Shown: positions 14,234 through 26,319, counted from the first letter of the stretch. The stretch: 64,000 bases of DNA from Octopus vulgaris (GCA_951406725.2 OX597826.1:8060001-8124000); one strand, 5' to 3'. Translations and numbers: made by a program. Notes: generated from the sequence alone by a model not told the origin.

Positions 14234-14876
14234 CATATTTATATAAATATATATATATATATATATGTATACACACATATTTATATATATATATACACAC
14301 ACACATATTTATATATATATACATGTATATATATATGTGTGTTTGTGTGCGTATGTGTATGTATATATGCATAAGTATATATGCACACGCATATACATAT
14401 ATACATATATGCGTGTGTGTGTGCTCGTGTGTGTTGCTTGTTTATAAGTGTGCGTGTTTCGGTGTTTGTGTATACATGTATATATTTATGTTTATACACA
14501 CACACACAAACACACACACATATATATATATATATATACGTGTATAAGTGTGTATGTGTGTGTATTTATGTCTATGTGTCTATGTTTTGTTTGTATGATT
14601 TGATGCATGTATGTAACGATGTGTGCATGTATGTATGCATCCATGTATGTATATACAAAAGTTTAGAATGAAAGGGAAAATGTATATGAGAAGAGAATGA
14701 AATATTCGACTGCTTATATTTTTAATATCTTAAAAAAAATTGCTATAGATTTTTTTTTTAATGTCTGTGAAAAGAACGACTTTCGTTGTTAGCAATATAG
14801 GAAATTTATGTGCCTCGTTATAGCTGTTGTTTTCTTGCTGTTGTTGTAATGTTTCTTTTTGATTTTTTCTCTTAGT

Positions 14877-14913
<37 letters not shown>

Positions 14914-16084
14914 TGTATGTATGTATGTATTTATGTATGAATATGTATTTATATATTTTTCTTTTTTCATTTTTGTACAAAATAATATCGCTTTTATCTA
15001 AATATCTTTTTCTACATTAAAAGCTCTGAAAAAATAAGTTAAAATCGAAGAGGAATAATAAACACAAAGATGTAAATGTAGAGTGAGGAGGAGGAGGAAA
15101 TTGAGAACGTGTGAGGAAAGGTATAAGAGTGAAAGAGAGATGGCTAGAGATTGAGAAAAAGAGAGAGAGAGAGAGAGAGAGAAAGAGGGAGAGAGCGAAA
15201 GAAAGTGAGAGAGTAAGCGAAAGGAAGAAATAAAGCAAATGCAGAAGCGAATACGAAAGAAAACATTAGAAAGGTTAACAGAATGAGAGGGAAATAACTG
15301 AAGAGTGACAGAGAAAGAGAGAGAGAGAAAGAAGAGAGAGAGACAGAGTGAAAGAGAGAGCAGAGAGATTAAAGAGATAAGAGAGAGGAGTTTTATAAAC
15401 TTATCACGTTTTTTCAAAGACTACAGATGGAGGGTGAGCATAGAGACAGGATGGAATTAGAAATTTAGGAAGATAAGAGAAAGAGAAATCGTATGTTGTG
15501 CACGATACCAATATATCTTTGATCCCTATTTCGGATGGTAGGCCATTACATCAGCTCTTTCAGTTGATACCCTTAAGGGAATGATATGTCTGAAACCGAA
15601 ATACAACACAAGCATCTTGTTGGAGGCATTTTTACTCATTTTTAGTCATAATAGTATTCATTTTGATGATAGAGAAAATGGCGGATGGTGGAAACAATAC
15701 GATGACTAAATTGACGATTTACGGTGTTAAGTTCTTTTGATACTTCTACGATCTGTGATCAAATTTCAAGTGAGATCGAGGTCGTGGCTGACTGTGGATT
15801 TAATCCAAAGTTAATAAAATTGTGTAAGCGAAGTCGATTCAAACTTGTGATGGGCTCGGCAAGTGTGGACTCATGTTAAATGACAATCTAATAACTTAAA
15901 CGATTTTTATATAAAATATGAAAAGGTGAACATACTTATATATGCAGATGTATGGAATATATGTGTATATATGTTTCTATGTATACGAGACTGTATCAAA
16001 GAGTAACGCAAAATTACATTAGTTTCTGACTCACCTTCGTATACATGTATGTATATATGTGTGTGTGTATATATGTATATGTGT

Positions 16085-16568
16085 GAAGGTGCAATGTCCC
16101 AGTGGTTACGGCAGAGGACTCGATTCCCAGACAGGGCATTGTAAGAGTTAATCGAGGGAAAACACCTAAAGCTCCACGTGGCTCCATCAGGGGGTGGTGG
16201 TGAACCCTGCTGTACTCTTTCACCACAACTTTCTCTCACTCTTTCTTTCTGTTTCCGTTGTACCTGTATTTCAAAAGGCCAGCCTTGACACACTCTCTGT
16301 CAAGCTGAATCTCCCCGAGAACTACGTTAAGAGTACACGTGTCTGTGGAGTGCTCAGCCACTTGCACGTTAATAACTGAGCTGCGACGTCACAGGTGCCA
16401 AGCGGTATCGACCTTTGCCTTTCCCTCGGATAACATCGGCGGCGTGGAGAAGGGAGGCTGGTATTCGTGGGCGACTGCTGGTCTTCCATAAACAACCTTG
16501 CCCAGACTTGTGCCTCGGAGGGTAACTTTCTAGGTGCAATCCCATGGTCATTCATGACCGAAGGGGTC
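16085..16568 (+). mobile_element. Family-C SINE with a deletion in the tRNA head
   Basis: Colinear with 35712-36217; the head is collapsed at a TCG microhomology (GGACTCG|ATTCCC). Confidence 0.85.
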
Positions 16569-16932
16569 ACAATATATGTATATATATATATGTATATATG
16601 TATATATATGTATGTATATATATAATAAAAATGGTAAATAATTTTCCTGTGGTTTTTCATGTAACCAACAATTATTTACCGGTAAATTTCGGTATGTAAA
16701 TACGACAAAATAATTGTCAAGACCTTTGTAAGGTTCAGTATATAGTAAAGAAAAATAAGTTGGCTAGCAGCGAGCTGTTTCACCTCATACCGAAGGAATT
16801 AGAAATGGCAGTCAAAGACCCTTTTTTTTTTTTTTCCATTTCTATAAGTGGAGATTCCAAAAACGAAGGCCCTTGCGGCTCACATACACAAAACCGGAGT
16901 GGCAAATATACGAATTCAGTCACTTACCGTTA

Positions 16933-17002
16933 ATAGCGAACACGGTGTTTCTGGATCACAAACATAAAAAAATGGGAGTTTGAATTCCTTCTTCAGCGCT
17001 AT
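16933..17002 (-). ncRNA. Type I hammerhead ribozyme in the inverted unit
   Basis: Exact reverse complement of the 70-nt motif (plus strand reads ATAGCGAACACGGTGTTTC...TCTTCAGCGCTAT). Confidence 0.78.
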
Positions 17003-17057
17003 ATTCGTTAGCTTTATCAAATGCCACCAGCCCTCACTTCTGACCCAGCGACATCAG

Positions 17058-17120
17058 TGAAGAAGGAATTCGAACACCCATTTTTTTATGTTTGTGATCC
17101 AGAAACACCGTGTTCGCTAT
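17058..17120 (+). pseudogene. 5'-truncated hammerhead at the inversion junction
   Basis: Starts at TGAAGA, lacking C3 and the 5' strand of helix I; retains GAAACACCGTGTTCGCTAT. Confidence 0.7.
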
Positions 17121-17585
17121 TAACGGTAAGTGACTGAATTCGTATATTTGCCACTGCGGTTTTGTGTATGTGAGCCGCAAGGGCCTTCGTTTTTGGAATC
17201 TCCACTTATAGAAATGGAAAAAAAGGGTCTTTGACTGCCATTTCTAATTCCTTCGGTATGAGGTGAAACAGCTCGCTGCTAGCCAACTTTGAACCTTACA
17301 AAGGTCTTGACAATTATTTTGTCGTATTTACATACCGAAATTTACCGGTAAATAATTGTTGGTTACATGAAAAACCACAGGAAAATTATTTACCATGTTT
17401 ATTATATTACCATGTGGATTCCTCATTCCATTACGATTACCCAGAAGGCGCGCATAGCAGAATTTTGGAGGGAAAATTTACGTTCCCAGTCGTTACTTGG
17501 TTTTAGCATCTGCGCACTTCCCCCCACTATCTGATGTCGCTGGGTCAGAAGTGAGGGCTGGTGGCATTTGATAAAGCTAACGAAT

Positions 17586-17655
17586 ATAGCGCTGAAGAAG
17601 GAATTCAAACTCCCATTTTTTTATGTTTGTGATCCAGAAACACCGTGTTCGCTAT
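17586..17655 (+). ncRNA. Type I hammerhead ribozyme (array unit 2)
   Basis: Helix I ATAGCG (17586-91)/CGCTAT (17650-55); core CTGAAGA 17592-98; helix II GGA..CAAAC/GTTTG..TCC; GAAA 17637-40; helix III ACAC-C-GTGT; predicted cleavage after GTT at 17649. Confidence 0.8.
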
Positions 17656-18139
17656 TAACGGTAAGTGACTGAATTCGTATATTTGCCACTCCGGTTTTGT
17701 GTATGTGAGCCGCAAGGGCCTTCGTTTTTGGAATCTCCACTTATAGAAATGGAAAAAAAGGGTCTTTGACTGCCATTTCTAATTCCTTCGGTATGAGGTG
17801 AAACAGCTCGCTGCTAGCCAACTTATTTTTCTTTACTATATACTGAACCTTACAAAGGTCTTGACAATTATTTTGTCGTATTTACATACCGAAATTTACC
17901 GGTAAATAATTGTTGGTTACATGAAAAACCACAGGAAAATTATTTACCATGTTTATTATATTACCATGTGGATTCCTCATTCCATTACGATTACCCAGAA
18001 GGCGCGCATAGCAGAATTTTGGAGGGAAAATTTACGTTCCCAGTCGTTACTTGGTTTTAGCATCTGCGCACTTCCCCCCACTATCTGATGTCGCTGGGTC
18101 AGAAGTGAGGGCTGGTGGCATTTGATAAAGCTAACGAAT

Positions 18140-18209
18140 ATAGCGCTGAAGAAGGAATTCAAACTCCCATTTTTTTATGTTTGTGATCCAGAAACACCGT
18201 GTTCGCTAT
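18140..18209 (+). ncRNA. Type I hammerhead ribozyme (array unit 3)
   Basis: Identical to 17586-17655, offset +554. Confidence 0.8.
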
Positions 18210-18693
18210 TAACGGTAAGTGACTGAATTCGTATATTTGCCACTCCGGTTTTGTGTATGTGAGCCGCAAGGGCCTTCGTTTTTGGAATCTCCATTTATAG
18301 AAATGGAAAAAAAGGGTCTTTGACTGCCATTTCTAATTCCTTCGGTATGAGGTGAAACAGCTCGCTGCTAGCCAACTTATTTTTCTTTACTATATACTGA
18401 ACCTTACAAAGGTCTTGACAATTATTTTGTCGTATTTACATACCGAATTTTACCGGTAATTAATTGTTGGTTACATGAAAAACCACAGGAAAATTATTTA
18501 CCATTTTTATTATATTACCATGTGGATTCCTCATTCCATTACGATTACCCAGAAGGCGCGCATAGCAGAATTTTGGAGGGAAAATTTACGTTCCCAGTCG
18601 TTACTTGGTTTTAGCATCTGCGCACTTCCCCCCACTATCTGATGTCGCTGGGTCAGAAGTGAGGGCTGGTGGCATTTGATAAAGCTAACGAAT

Positions 18694-18763
18694 ATAGCGC
18701 TGAAGAAGGAATTCAAACTCCCATTTTTTTATGTTTGTGATCCAGAAACACCGTGTTCGCTAT
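18694..18763 (+). ncRNA. Type I hammerhead ribozyme (array unit 4)
   Basis: Identical to 17586-17655, offset +1108. Confidence 0.8.
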
Positions 18764-19195
18764 TAACGGTAAGTGACTGAATTCGTATATTTGCCACTCC
18801 GGTTTTGTGTATGTGAGCCGCAAGGGCCTTCGTTTTTGGAATCTCCACTTATAGAAATGGAAAAAAAAAAAAAGGGTCTTTGACTGCCATTTCTAATTCC
18901 TTCGGTATGAGGTGAAACAGCTCGCTGCTAGCCAACTTATTTTTCTTTACTATATACTGAACCTTACAAAGGTCTTGACAATTATTTTGTCGTATTTACA
19001 TACCGAAATTTACCGGTAAATAATTGTTGGTTACATGAAAAACCACAGGAAAATTATTTACCATGTTTATTATATTACCATGTGGATTCCTCATTCCATT
19101 ACGATTACCCAGAAGGCGCGCATAGCAGAATTTTGGAGGGAAAATTTACGTTCCCAGTCGTTACTTGGTTTTAGCATCTGCGCACTTCCCGTTCT

Positions 19196-19256
<61 letters not shown>

Positions 19257-19380
19257 TATATATATATATATGTATACATATACTATATATATATGTATAT
19301 ATATATATACTATATATATATATATACATATATACATACATATATGTATATATATATATATAGGTATATATATAAGTATA

Positions 19381-19503
<123 letters not shown>

Positions 19504-19554
19504 TATATAATGGAATAATTACTATGAAGCATTGAGTAGAATATATTGTATAAA

Positions 19555-19927
19555 AGGCGGCGAGCTGGCAGAATCGTTAGCGCGCCGGGCGAAATGCTTA
19601 GCGGTATTTCGTCTGAGTTCAAATTCCACCGAGTTCGACTTTGCCTTTCATCCTTTCGGGGTCGAATAAATAAGTACCTGTTACGCCCTGGGGTCGATGT
19701 AATCGACTTAATCCTTTGTCTGTCTTTGTTTGTCCTCTCTGTGTTTAGCCCCTTGTTGGTGGTAAAGAAATAGGTATATACTTCTGAGTGCAAATCTCAC
19801 CGTGGTCAACTTTGTCTTTCATCCTTTCGGAGTCGATAAATTAAGTACCAGTTGCGTACTGGGGTTGACCTAATCGACTGGCCCCTTTCCCAAAAAATTT
19901 CGGGCCTTGTGCCTAGAGTAGAAAAGA
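19555..19927 (+). mobile_element. Family-A SINE followed by a second partial copy
   Basis: Head GGCGGCGAGCTGGCAGAATCG; core occurs twice. Confidence 0.85.
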
Positions 19928-19947
19928 ACATATTTTATAAAGGATCA

Positions 19948-20670
19948 TGCTTGGGTGGAATGTGTGTAGCGTGTGATAGTCGCATTGACCATGACAAAGA
20001 AAGTTTCCATGACGATACCTGCTCCGAGGCCTGCGCAAAGTTGGAGGAAACGTATGGAGGGAGGATTGTATGAGCCGCAAAGAAGTGTCCAAGTGGTTCA
20101 GACTTTGCCAAGATGGCTGAAAAATGTAGATATTGATGAACGTTCTGGGAGACCCGTAACCAGCAGAACTGAGAAGAACATCGCTGATGTGCGTGCAGCC
20201 GTGTAGGGAAATCATCGAATCACCCACCGTGAGTTATCAGAGGATGTGCAGATTAGTTACGGTTCAGTTCAGTCCTTTATCACTGAGGATTTGGGTATGA
20301 GACGCGTGTCTTCCAAGTTTGTGCCAAAGTTGCTTCAGCTGACGAAGGCGACACTTGGGTTTGGTTGTGTGGAGCACGATGAAAACCTTTTGAAAACTTT
20401 GCATAGACTTCTGAGCAGGTATTGTCAAGGTTTTGGCCAAATTTGATGCAGATTCTCTACTCAACTTTCTTTGTCATGGTCAATGCGGCGGTCATATACT
20501 ACACACCTTCCTTCCAAGCACTGCTGTAAACAGTGGAAGTGAGCTTGAAAGTTAAAACTTAGGGCGCCGGTAGATCAGTTCAAGGTCAATCTGTGCCAAG
20601 CGGTTTCACTCTGCGTGCTTTTAGCTTCGTTACTATGGCAACAGTTCGGATACATATTGATCAGGCCATG
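19948..20670 (+). mobile_element. Decayed mariner element with long inverted repeats
   Basis: Broken transposase N-terminus (KLEETYG...DERSGRPVTSRT...SYGSVQSFITEDLGMRRVSSKFVPKLL); 19948-20006 is inverted at 20463-20520; the right end is followed by TA. Confidence 0.85.
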
Positions 20671-20892
20671 TAAATAAACAAATGTGTGCTTATGTCTATC
20701 CGAGTGTCTTTAATTCGGCACCAACTGTAAACCGGGGCTCTTTGTTTATAACTTCCATTTATGTACGGGGTTCCAGATTTCAGGCGCCCTGCGTGGCTGG
20801 CCATTGGCGTGATGTGGCGCCTTTCCATCGGTGTGTGTGTGTTTGTACACACAGATAAAAAAGACAGGCATACAAATACACACATGTGATAT

Positions 20893-20924
<32 letters not shown>

Positions 20925-20973
20925 GTATACATATATATATATATATATATATATTTGTATATAGTTATGTTTT

Positions 20974-21007
<34 letters not shown>

Positions 21008-21171
21008 CGTAGGAGTGACTGTGTGGTAAAGTAGCTTGCTTATGAACAACATGGTTCCAGGTTCAGTCCCACTGCGTGGCAAATTGGGAGCAAGTGTCTT
21101 TTACTATAGCCTCGGGCCGTCCAAAGCGTTAGGAGTAGATTTGGTAAACGGAAACTGAAAGAAGTCCCTCG

Positions 21172-21241
<70 letters not shown>

Positions 21242-21302
21242 TCTGTGTGTGTGTGTGTGCGTGTGTGTGTGTGTATGTATGTATGTATGTATGTATATAT
21301 GC

Positions 21303-21402
<100 letters not shown>

Positions 21403-22274
21403 TTCTCTCTTTTTTACTTGTTTCAGTCATTTGACTGCGGCCATATATGCAGCTTTGGGAATTTTTGAGTGAATTCTATTTAAAGAATTTGTAACTCAAT
21501 TTACACACTCAAGCAAGTAGGATGTACACTCAAGTGATTCTATAGTTTACCAAAATGAACAATTCCGCTTACAACAGACGAAAAAGAAATAAAAGTCCAA
21601 GAGAAAGAGACAGCGGAAAAAAGAGAGTGTGAGAGAAAGTTTGAGCGAGAGAAACAGAGAGAGGGAGAGACAGAGACAGACATAGATTCACAAAAGATAT
21701 AAATAAGACACATAAAATGGAATTTTCTGCGAGACGTACATACATAAACATTTAAAGTACAGGAAAAAACAGCTGATTGGTCTTTAAATTATAATAAAAT
21801 GGAATACAATATTCAATAGACGAAACACATTCGAGAGTTCTTTTTAATTTCTTCTGGTTTTTTTTTTTTTTTTTTTTTGGGAATTATGAGAAAATATGTC
21901 TGATTATCAAAAGTCTGCAGTTTTCTTACGCAATGCCTTTAAACAAGTCTTTCCATATGGAAGAGCCTTTGACACAAAGACTCGACAGAGGAAGGAGAAA
22001 TCTAAATAATCAAAGGACATTTAAAAACACTTCAAAGAACTTCTATAAACTTTGGAAGTATTTCAAAGAAATTTCGTCTATAAAGGAATGATATAATTAG
22101 CGAGTGGGTAGGGTGGCATCTCGCAAAAATTTACATATTTCGGCGACAGCAGCTCAAGATAAGTTCGTTTATATATGCACGCACTGGCGAACATAGACAT
22201 ATGTATACATGGATACACACCTGCACGCATATATACATATATATTTATACACACACACAACATATATTTGAGTG

Positions 22275-22307
<33 letters not shown>

Positions 22308-22357
22308 GCACTCACACACACACACATATATACACACACAGTCACAGAATCATATAT

Positions 22358-22388
<31 letters not shown>

Positions 22389-22428
22389 CATACATATATA
22401 CGTATATATACATATACATATATATATA

Positions 22429-22496
<68 letters not shown>

Positions 22497-22590
22497 GTAT
22501 ATATATAAACATATACATATATACGTATATATATATAAACATATATATATATATTAACATATATATATATATAAACATATACATATATAC

Positions 22591-22661
<71 letters not shown>

Positions 22662-22735
22662 CGTATGTATGTAGTTATGCATGTATGCATGTATGCATGC
22701 ATGTATGTGTAATATTCACTTGAATATTAAATCTA

Positions 22736-22940
22736 AGGTGGCAGAATTGTTACCGCACCGGAGAAATTGCTTGGCGGCATTTCGGCATTCTTTATGTTCT
22801 GAGTTCAAATTTCTCCGAGGTCGACTTCCACTTTCATTCTTTCGTGGTCGATAAAGTAAGTTGAGTCCTAAGGGTCAAAACAATCGACTCGTCCCTTCCT
22901 TCCATCAAAATCTAAGGTTTTGTGCCAATAGCAGAAAGGA
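22736..22940 (+). mobile_element. Family-A SINE (diverged)
   Basis: GGTGGCAGAATTGTT...GAGTTCAAAT...GGTCGATAAAGTAAG. Confidence 0.75.
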
Positions 22941-23398
22941 ATAAATCTAAAAAATATATAGCTGATTTACAATATTATACCACGATCTCCGACATAGATA
23001 GATGAGAGAGAGAAAAAGGGAGACAGAGAGAGAGAGAGAGAGATGTTAACATCATTGACATGCTGGGAATTGTTAACCATATACTCGGGATCTGAGCATT
23101 GCTTTCTTGTAGTACTAGGTCTGCAAATGCCACAAAGGTAGCTTGCATAACAAGGCGGTCACCCACCCACGTGTCTATATTCTTAGCTATATCATATCGC
23201 CTTTATATTGCATTTTCCTACATGCAATAATAGTATGAAGTGTAGCGAAATGTCTAGGTAAAGCCTATTTCTGTAAACCTGTAAATTCCGATGAGGTTCT
23301 AAGTAATGTAGTCCATCACAATGGATAAAGGCGTCGAGGTTTTTAGTATTACATAGGACACAAGATAACTGAATGTGTTACAGTTCTGTCTTGGTGTG

Positions 23399-23444
<46 letters not shown>

Positions 23445-23454
23445 CCCCCACCCC

Positions 23455-23650
23455 CACACGACTTTGTAAATATATGTCTGGATGATCAATTCTGGGAAAA
23501 TCTCACCAGCCAAACCAATATGCGTGCCACACAGGTTGGGGAAACAACTGCCAAGAAATATTATTTTAAATATTTCAAAGTCCTTACTGCCGAAGAAGCA
23601 AAAGGCTTCATATGCTTTACAAGTCTGCGTCTCGAAATGGAACGTAAAGC
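23455..23650 (+). pseudogene. piggyBac-type transposase fragment
   Basis: DFVNICLDDQFWENLTSQTNMRATQ...VLTAEEAKGFI resembles the N-terminal F.LF..D......TN.YA.Q...T..E.K.F block of DDE_Tnp_1_7 proteins (from memory, not searched). Confidence 0.5.
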
Positions 23651-24040
23651 ACAAAGGCTTTCAATCGGTTATGAACGCAGGTAACTAAATACCGTAGAGT
23701 GATCTCACCTTCACAATGCCATTCAACTGGTTAAAATTGACGGCTAGATCTCTACCACAGGTATATACATGTAGTCTAACGGTCTAAAATTATCGACACA
23801 TTGCATCCTTTTGTAACAGGCACAAAACCAGAAAATTACGGAAAAGTGTAGTAGATTAAATTGATCCCAAGTATTTCATACACTCCATAAGAATGAATGG
23901 TAAAATCGACCTGGAAGTGAATCGAACTCAGAACACAGAGTGATGTAACTAAATAACGCAAAGTATTTTGTCGAATGTTTTACTGATTTTGTCAAATACT
24001 GCCCTTCATAATGAATAATGGTAGTCTCTCGTAGACAGAG

Positions 24041-24640
24041 CAATGATTTGTTTGTAGTGATCAAATGTTTGTGCTGTACAATTACCTCACTCCTTCCAAG
24101 TAATTGACGTTGCCTGGACAGATGAAGGGTGTAACACACGCCAGATGTCGAAGTGAACGTAGGACAAAGTGAGATGAAGTGTTTTAATCAAGAACACAGC
24201 GCAATTGGCCCCAAATTGATTCATACCTTATGAGTGAAATTGGGCAGATGGGAAATGTATAGAAGCGTGAGGCCTTGGCAAACGTTGTTTCAAAATGATT
24301 TCCCTCGTAAATTACGGTCAGAGCACACTAGTCTGTGACTGAGGGCGCAAAGCCTTGTGGCAAAGAATCTGCGCACAAGATCGCAAGTTCTTGGATTCAA
24401 TTCCCGAACTGGATGATGCGTTGTGCTTTAGGAAAACACTTCACTAGACTTCGTTCTGCGATCACTTCGACACCTGATGTATGGTACATCGTGCACATGT
24501 TCAGGCAACGCCAGTTTCATGGAGGGAGAGGGCTACCTGGGTACGGCGCATACATTTGATCACTGCAAACAAATCATTTATGCAGGACGTTCAGCAAAAA
24601 ATTGAAGATCCGTCTTCTCCGAACTGCGGGAGTCTACCGT
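24041..24640. mobile_element. Head-to-head pair of old SINE copies (-24041-24205; +24340-24640)
   Basis: CAATGATTTGTTTGTAGTGATCAAATG is the near reverse complement of CATTTGATCACTGCAAACAAATCATT; tRNA-like head at ~24345-24410. Confidence 0.6.
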
Positions 24641-25213
24641 CATATCAGAGGAATCTGTAGAATGCTCAACGACTTAGACGTTAATTCAGGAGCAGATAAT
24701 TCAGTTGTTCAAACAACTGAATCCTCATTATGAAACGACGGAGATCCACCGTCACTATTACCACAACCACATAGGACACAAGATAACAGTGGTTACAAAA
24801 ATTCTCAAGAGAGCTAAACAGCAGAAGGTTTTCGGAGAAGAAACCCCACCCCAAGTAAGTGTTTTGGCCCTTAACTTCTTAGCCTCTAAGGGAGCTGGGC
24901 CATATCCAATTCTTGACTCCTGGGTGCCCTTCTACTGACACTTTTTAGCCATTTGGATATCGGAGACTTGTGCATTTAAACCGCTAGGAGATTTCATCGA
25001 GTTGTAACTTCTCACCGTTGACTCCGCTTCCAAACTTAAAGAAGAAATAACGTTGGTTGTCATGGTAGCGGTGAAACGTCAACGCTGTCCCAATGGCTCA
25101 CTCAGGGCTCATCTGATTATGTCGACCCCAGTACTTGCCTGGTAACTTATATTATCGACTCCGATAGAGATAAAAGGCAAAGTTGTATTCGATGCTATAT
25201 GAGCTCAGAACAC

Positions 25214-25259
<46 letters not shown>

Positions 25260-25439
25260 GAAACTGAAACAAATCACCACTGCAAGGAATTTAGTCTGAT
25301 TCTCTAACGATTCTTCCAACCTCCGCCCTCCAAACGATTCTGCCAACCTCCGCCCTCCAGTAATAATTTATCATAATAGGAAGTTGGAGGGATTGAAGCT
25401 ATCCATTTAGGAAAATAGAACCATAATACCCACACTATT

Positions 25440-25560
<121 letters not shown>

Positions 25561-26189
25561 TCCATCCATTTTTGTCATGTGCGATCCCTGATGGATGAAA
25601 AGCAAATTCAGCGCTGATGGGAGTTAACTGATGGGTTTTTATGTTATTTATATATTTATTATCTTTCCATCTAGGATCGACCCTAAATAACATTTAGTGT
25701 ATCCAGTTGGATGCTCTATTATTACTGCCAACTCGTCGCCTCTGGCAGAACACAATAAATAAGTGAGCAAGAGTTTAAAGCATAAGGACTGAAAGTCTGC
25801 GACTTCATTCCATGTAAATATTTCTCTGTCTTTTATCTCAAATGATCGTGTTTCTGCGACCCACCTTTTTTTATTCATCACGTCAACTGGGGGGTTCCTA
25901 ATCATATTTGCCAACCATTTATCATTATGCCCCTTCATCTTTGAGACTTGCATCCTTATACTGTGTCAGACTGGCTTTTTGTCAATAATACATTTTCCTC
26001 TCATCTCTCTCTCTCTCTCGCACTCGTCTCTCTCTCCCTCTCTCCTTCCGTTTGTCGGTTCCCCTCAATCTGCATATCTTATCTATATTTGTCTGTCTGC
26101 CCCTTGTCTCCGTGTCTGTTCGTCAGTCAGTCTGTTTTCTGTTCGTCCCTTATCGCTTTTTCTCTTCTCTCTTCCTTCTCTCTTCCATC

Positions 26190-26220
<31 letters not shown>

Positions 26221-26319
26221 GTTTGTTTGTTGTTATGTGTATATGTATATATAAACAAGTATGTATACACAGACTCACACACACACACACACATATATAT
26301 ATATGTATATACATATATA

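Larger units (their letters stand above)
16620..19190. mobile_element. Non-autonomous Penelope-like (pLTR)/retrozyme-like array: inverted partial unit (16620-17057) then ~3.9 direct 554-bp units (17058-19190)
   Basis: Identical 61-aa pseudo-ORFs recur at 17423/17977/18531 (554-bp period). 16620-17057 is the reverse complement of the unit. Hammerhead motif in the unit, TA-rich tracts on both flanks, no RT or GIY-YIG ORF. Inverted-plus-direct pLTR layout and microsatellite targets are established PLE traits. Confidence 0.8.

Noticed and set aside
15520-15605. Minus-strand CTGATG-TA..hairpin..CCGAAA
   Set aside because: Core is broken and no helix I or III pairing was found.
15983-16042. ~60-bp mini-mariner (TACGAG...TTCGTA)
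   Set aside because: Inverted ends too degenerate to call without a family alignment.
17790-17820. Possible second hammerhead per unit (GTATGAGGTGAAACAGCTCGCTGCTA)
   Set aside because: Lacks the CTGA core, helix II and a closing helix I; at most a relic.
17423-18716. Three identical 61-aa minus-strand ORFs
   Set aside because: By-product of the 554-bp repeat; non-ATG start, no motif, antisense to part of the ribozyme.
17058-19190. Array as CRISPR or rDNA/snRNA repeat
   Set aside because: No repeat-spacer alternation, units identical throughout, and no recognisable 5S/U-snRNA/tRNA sequence.
25648-25953. 101-aa complex ORF
   Set aside because: No ATG start, splice signals or recognisable motif.
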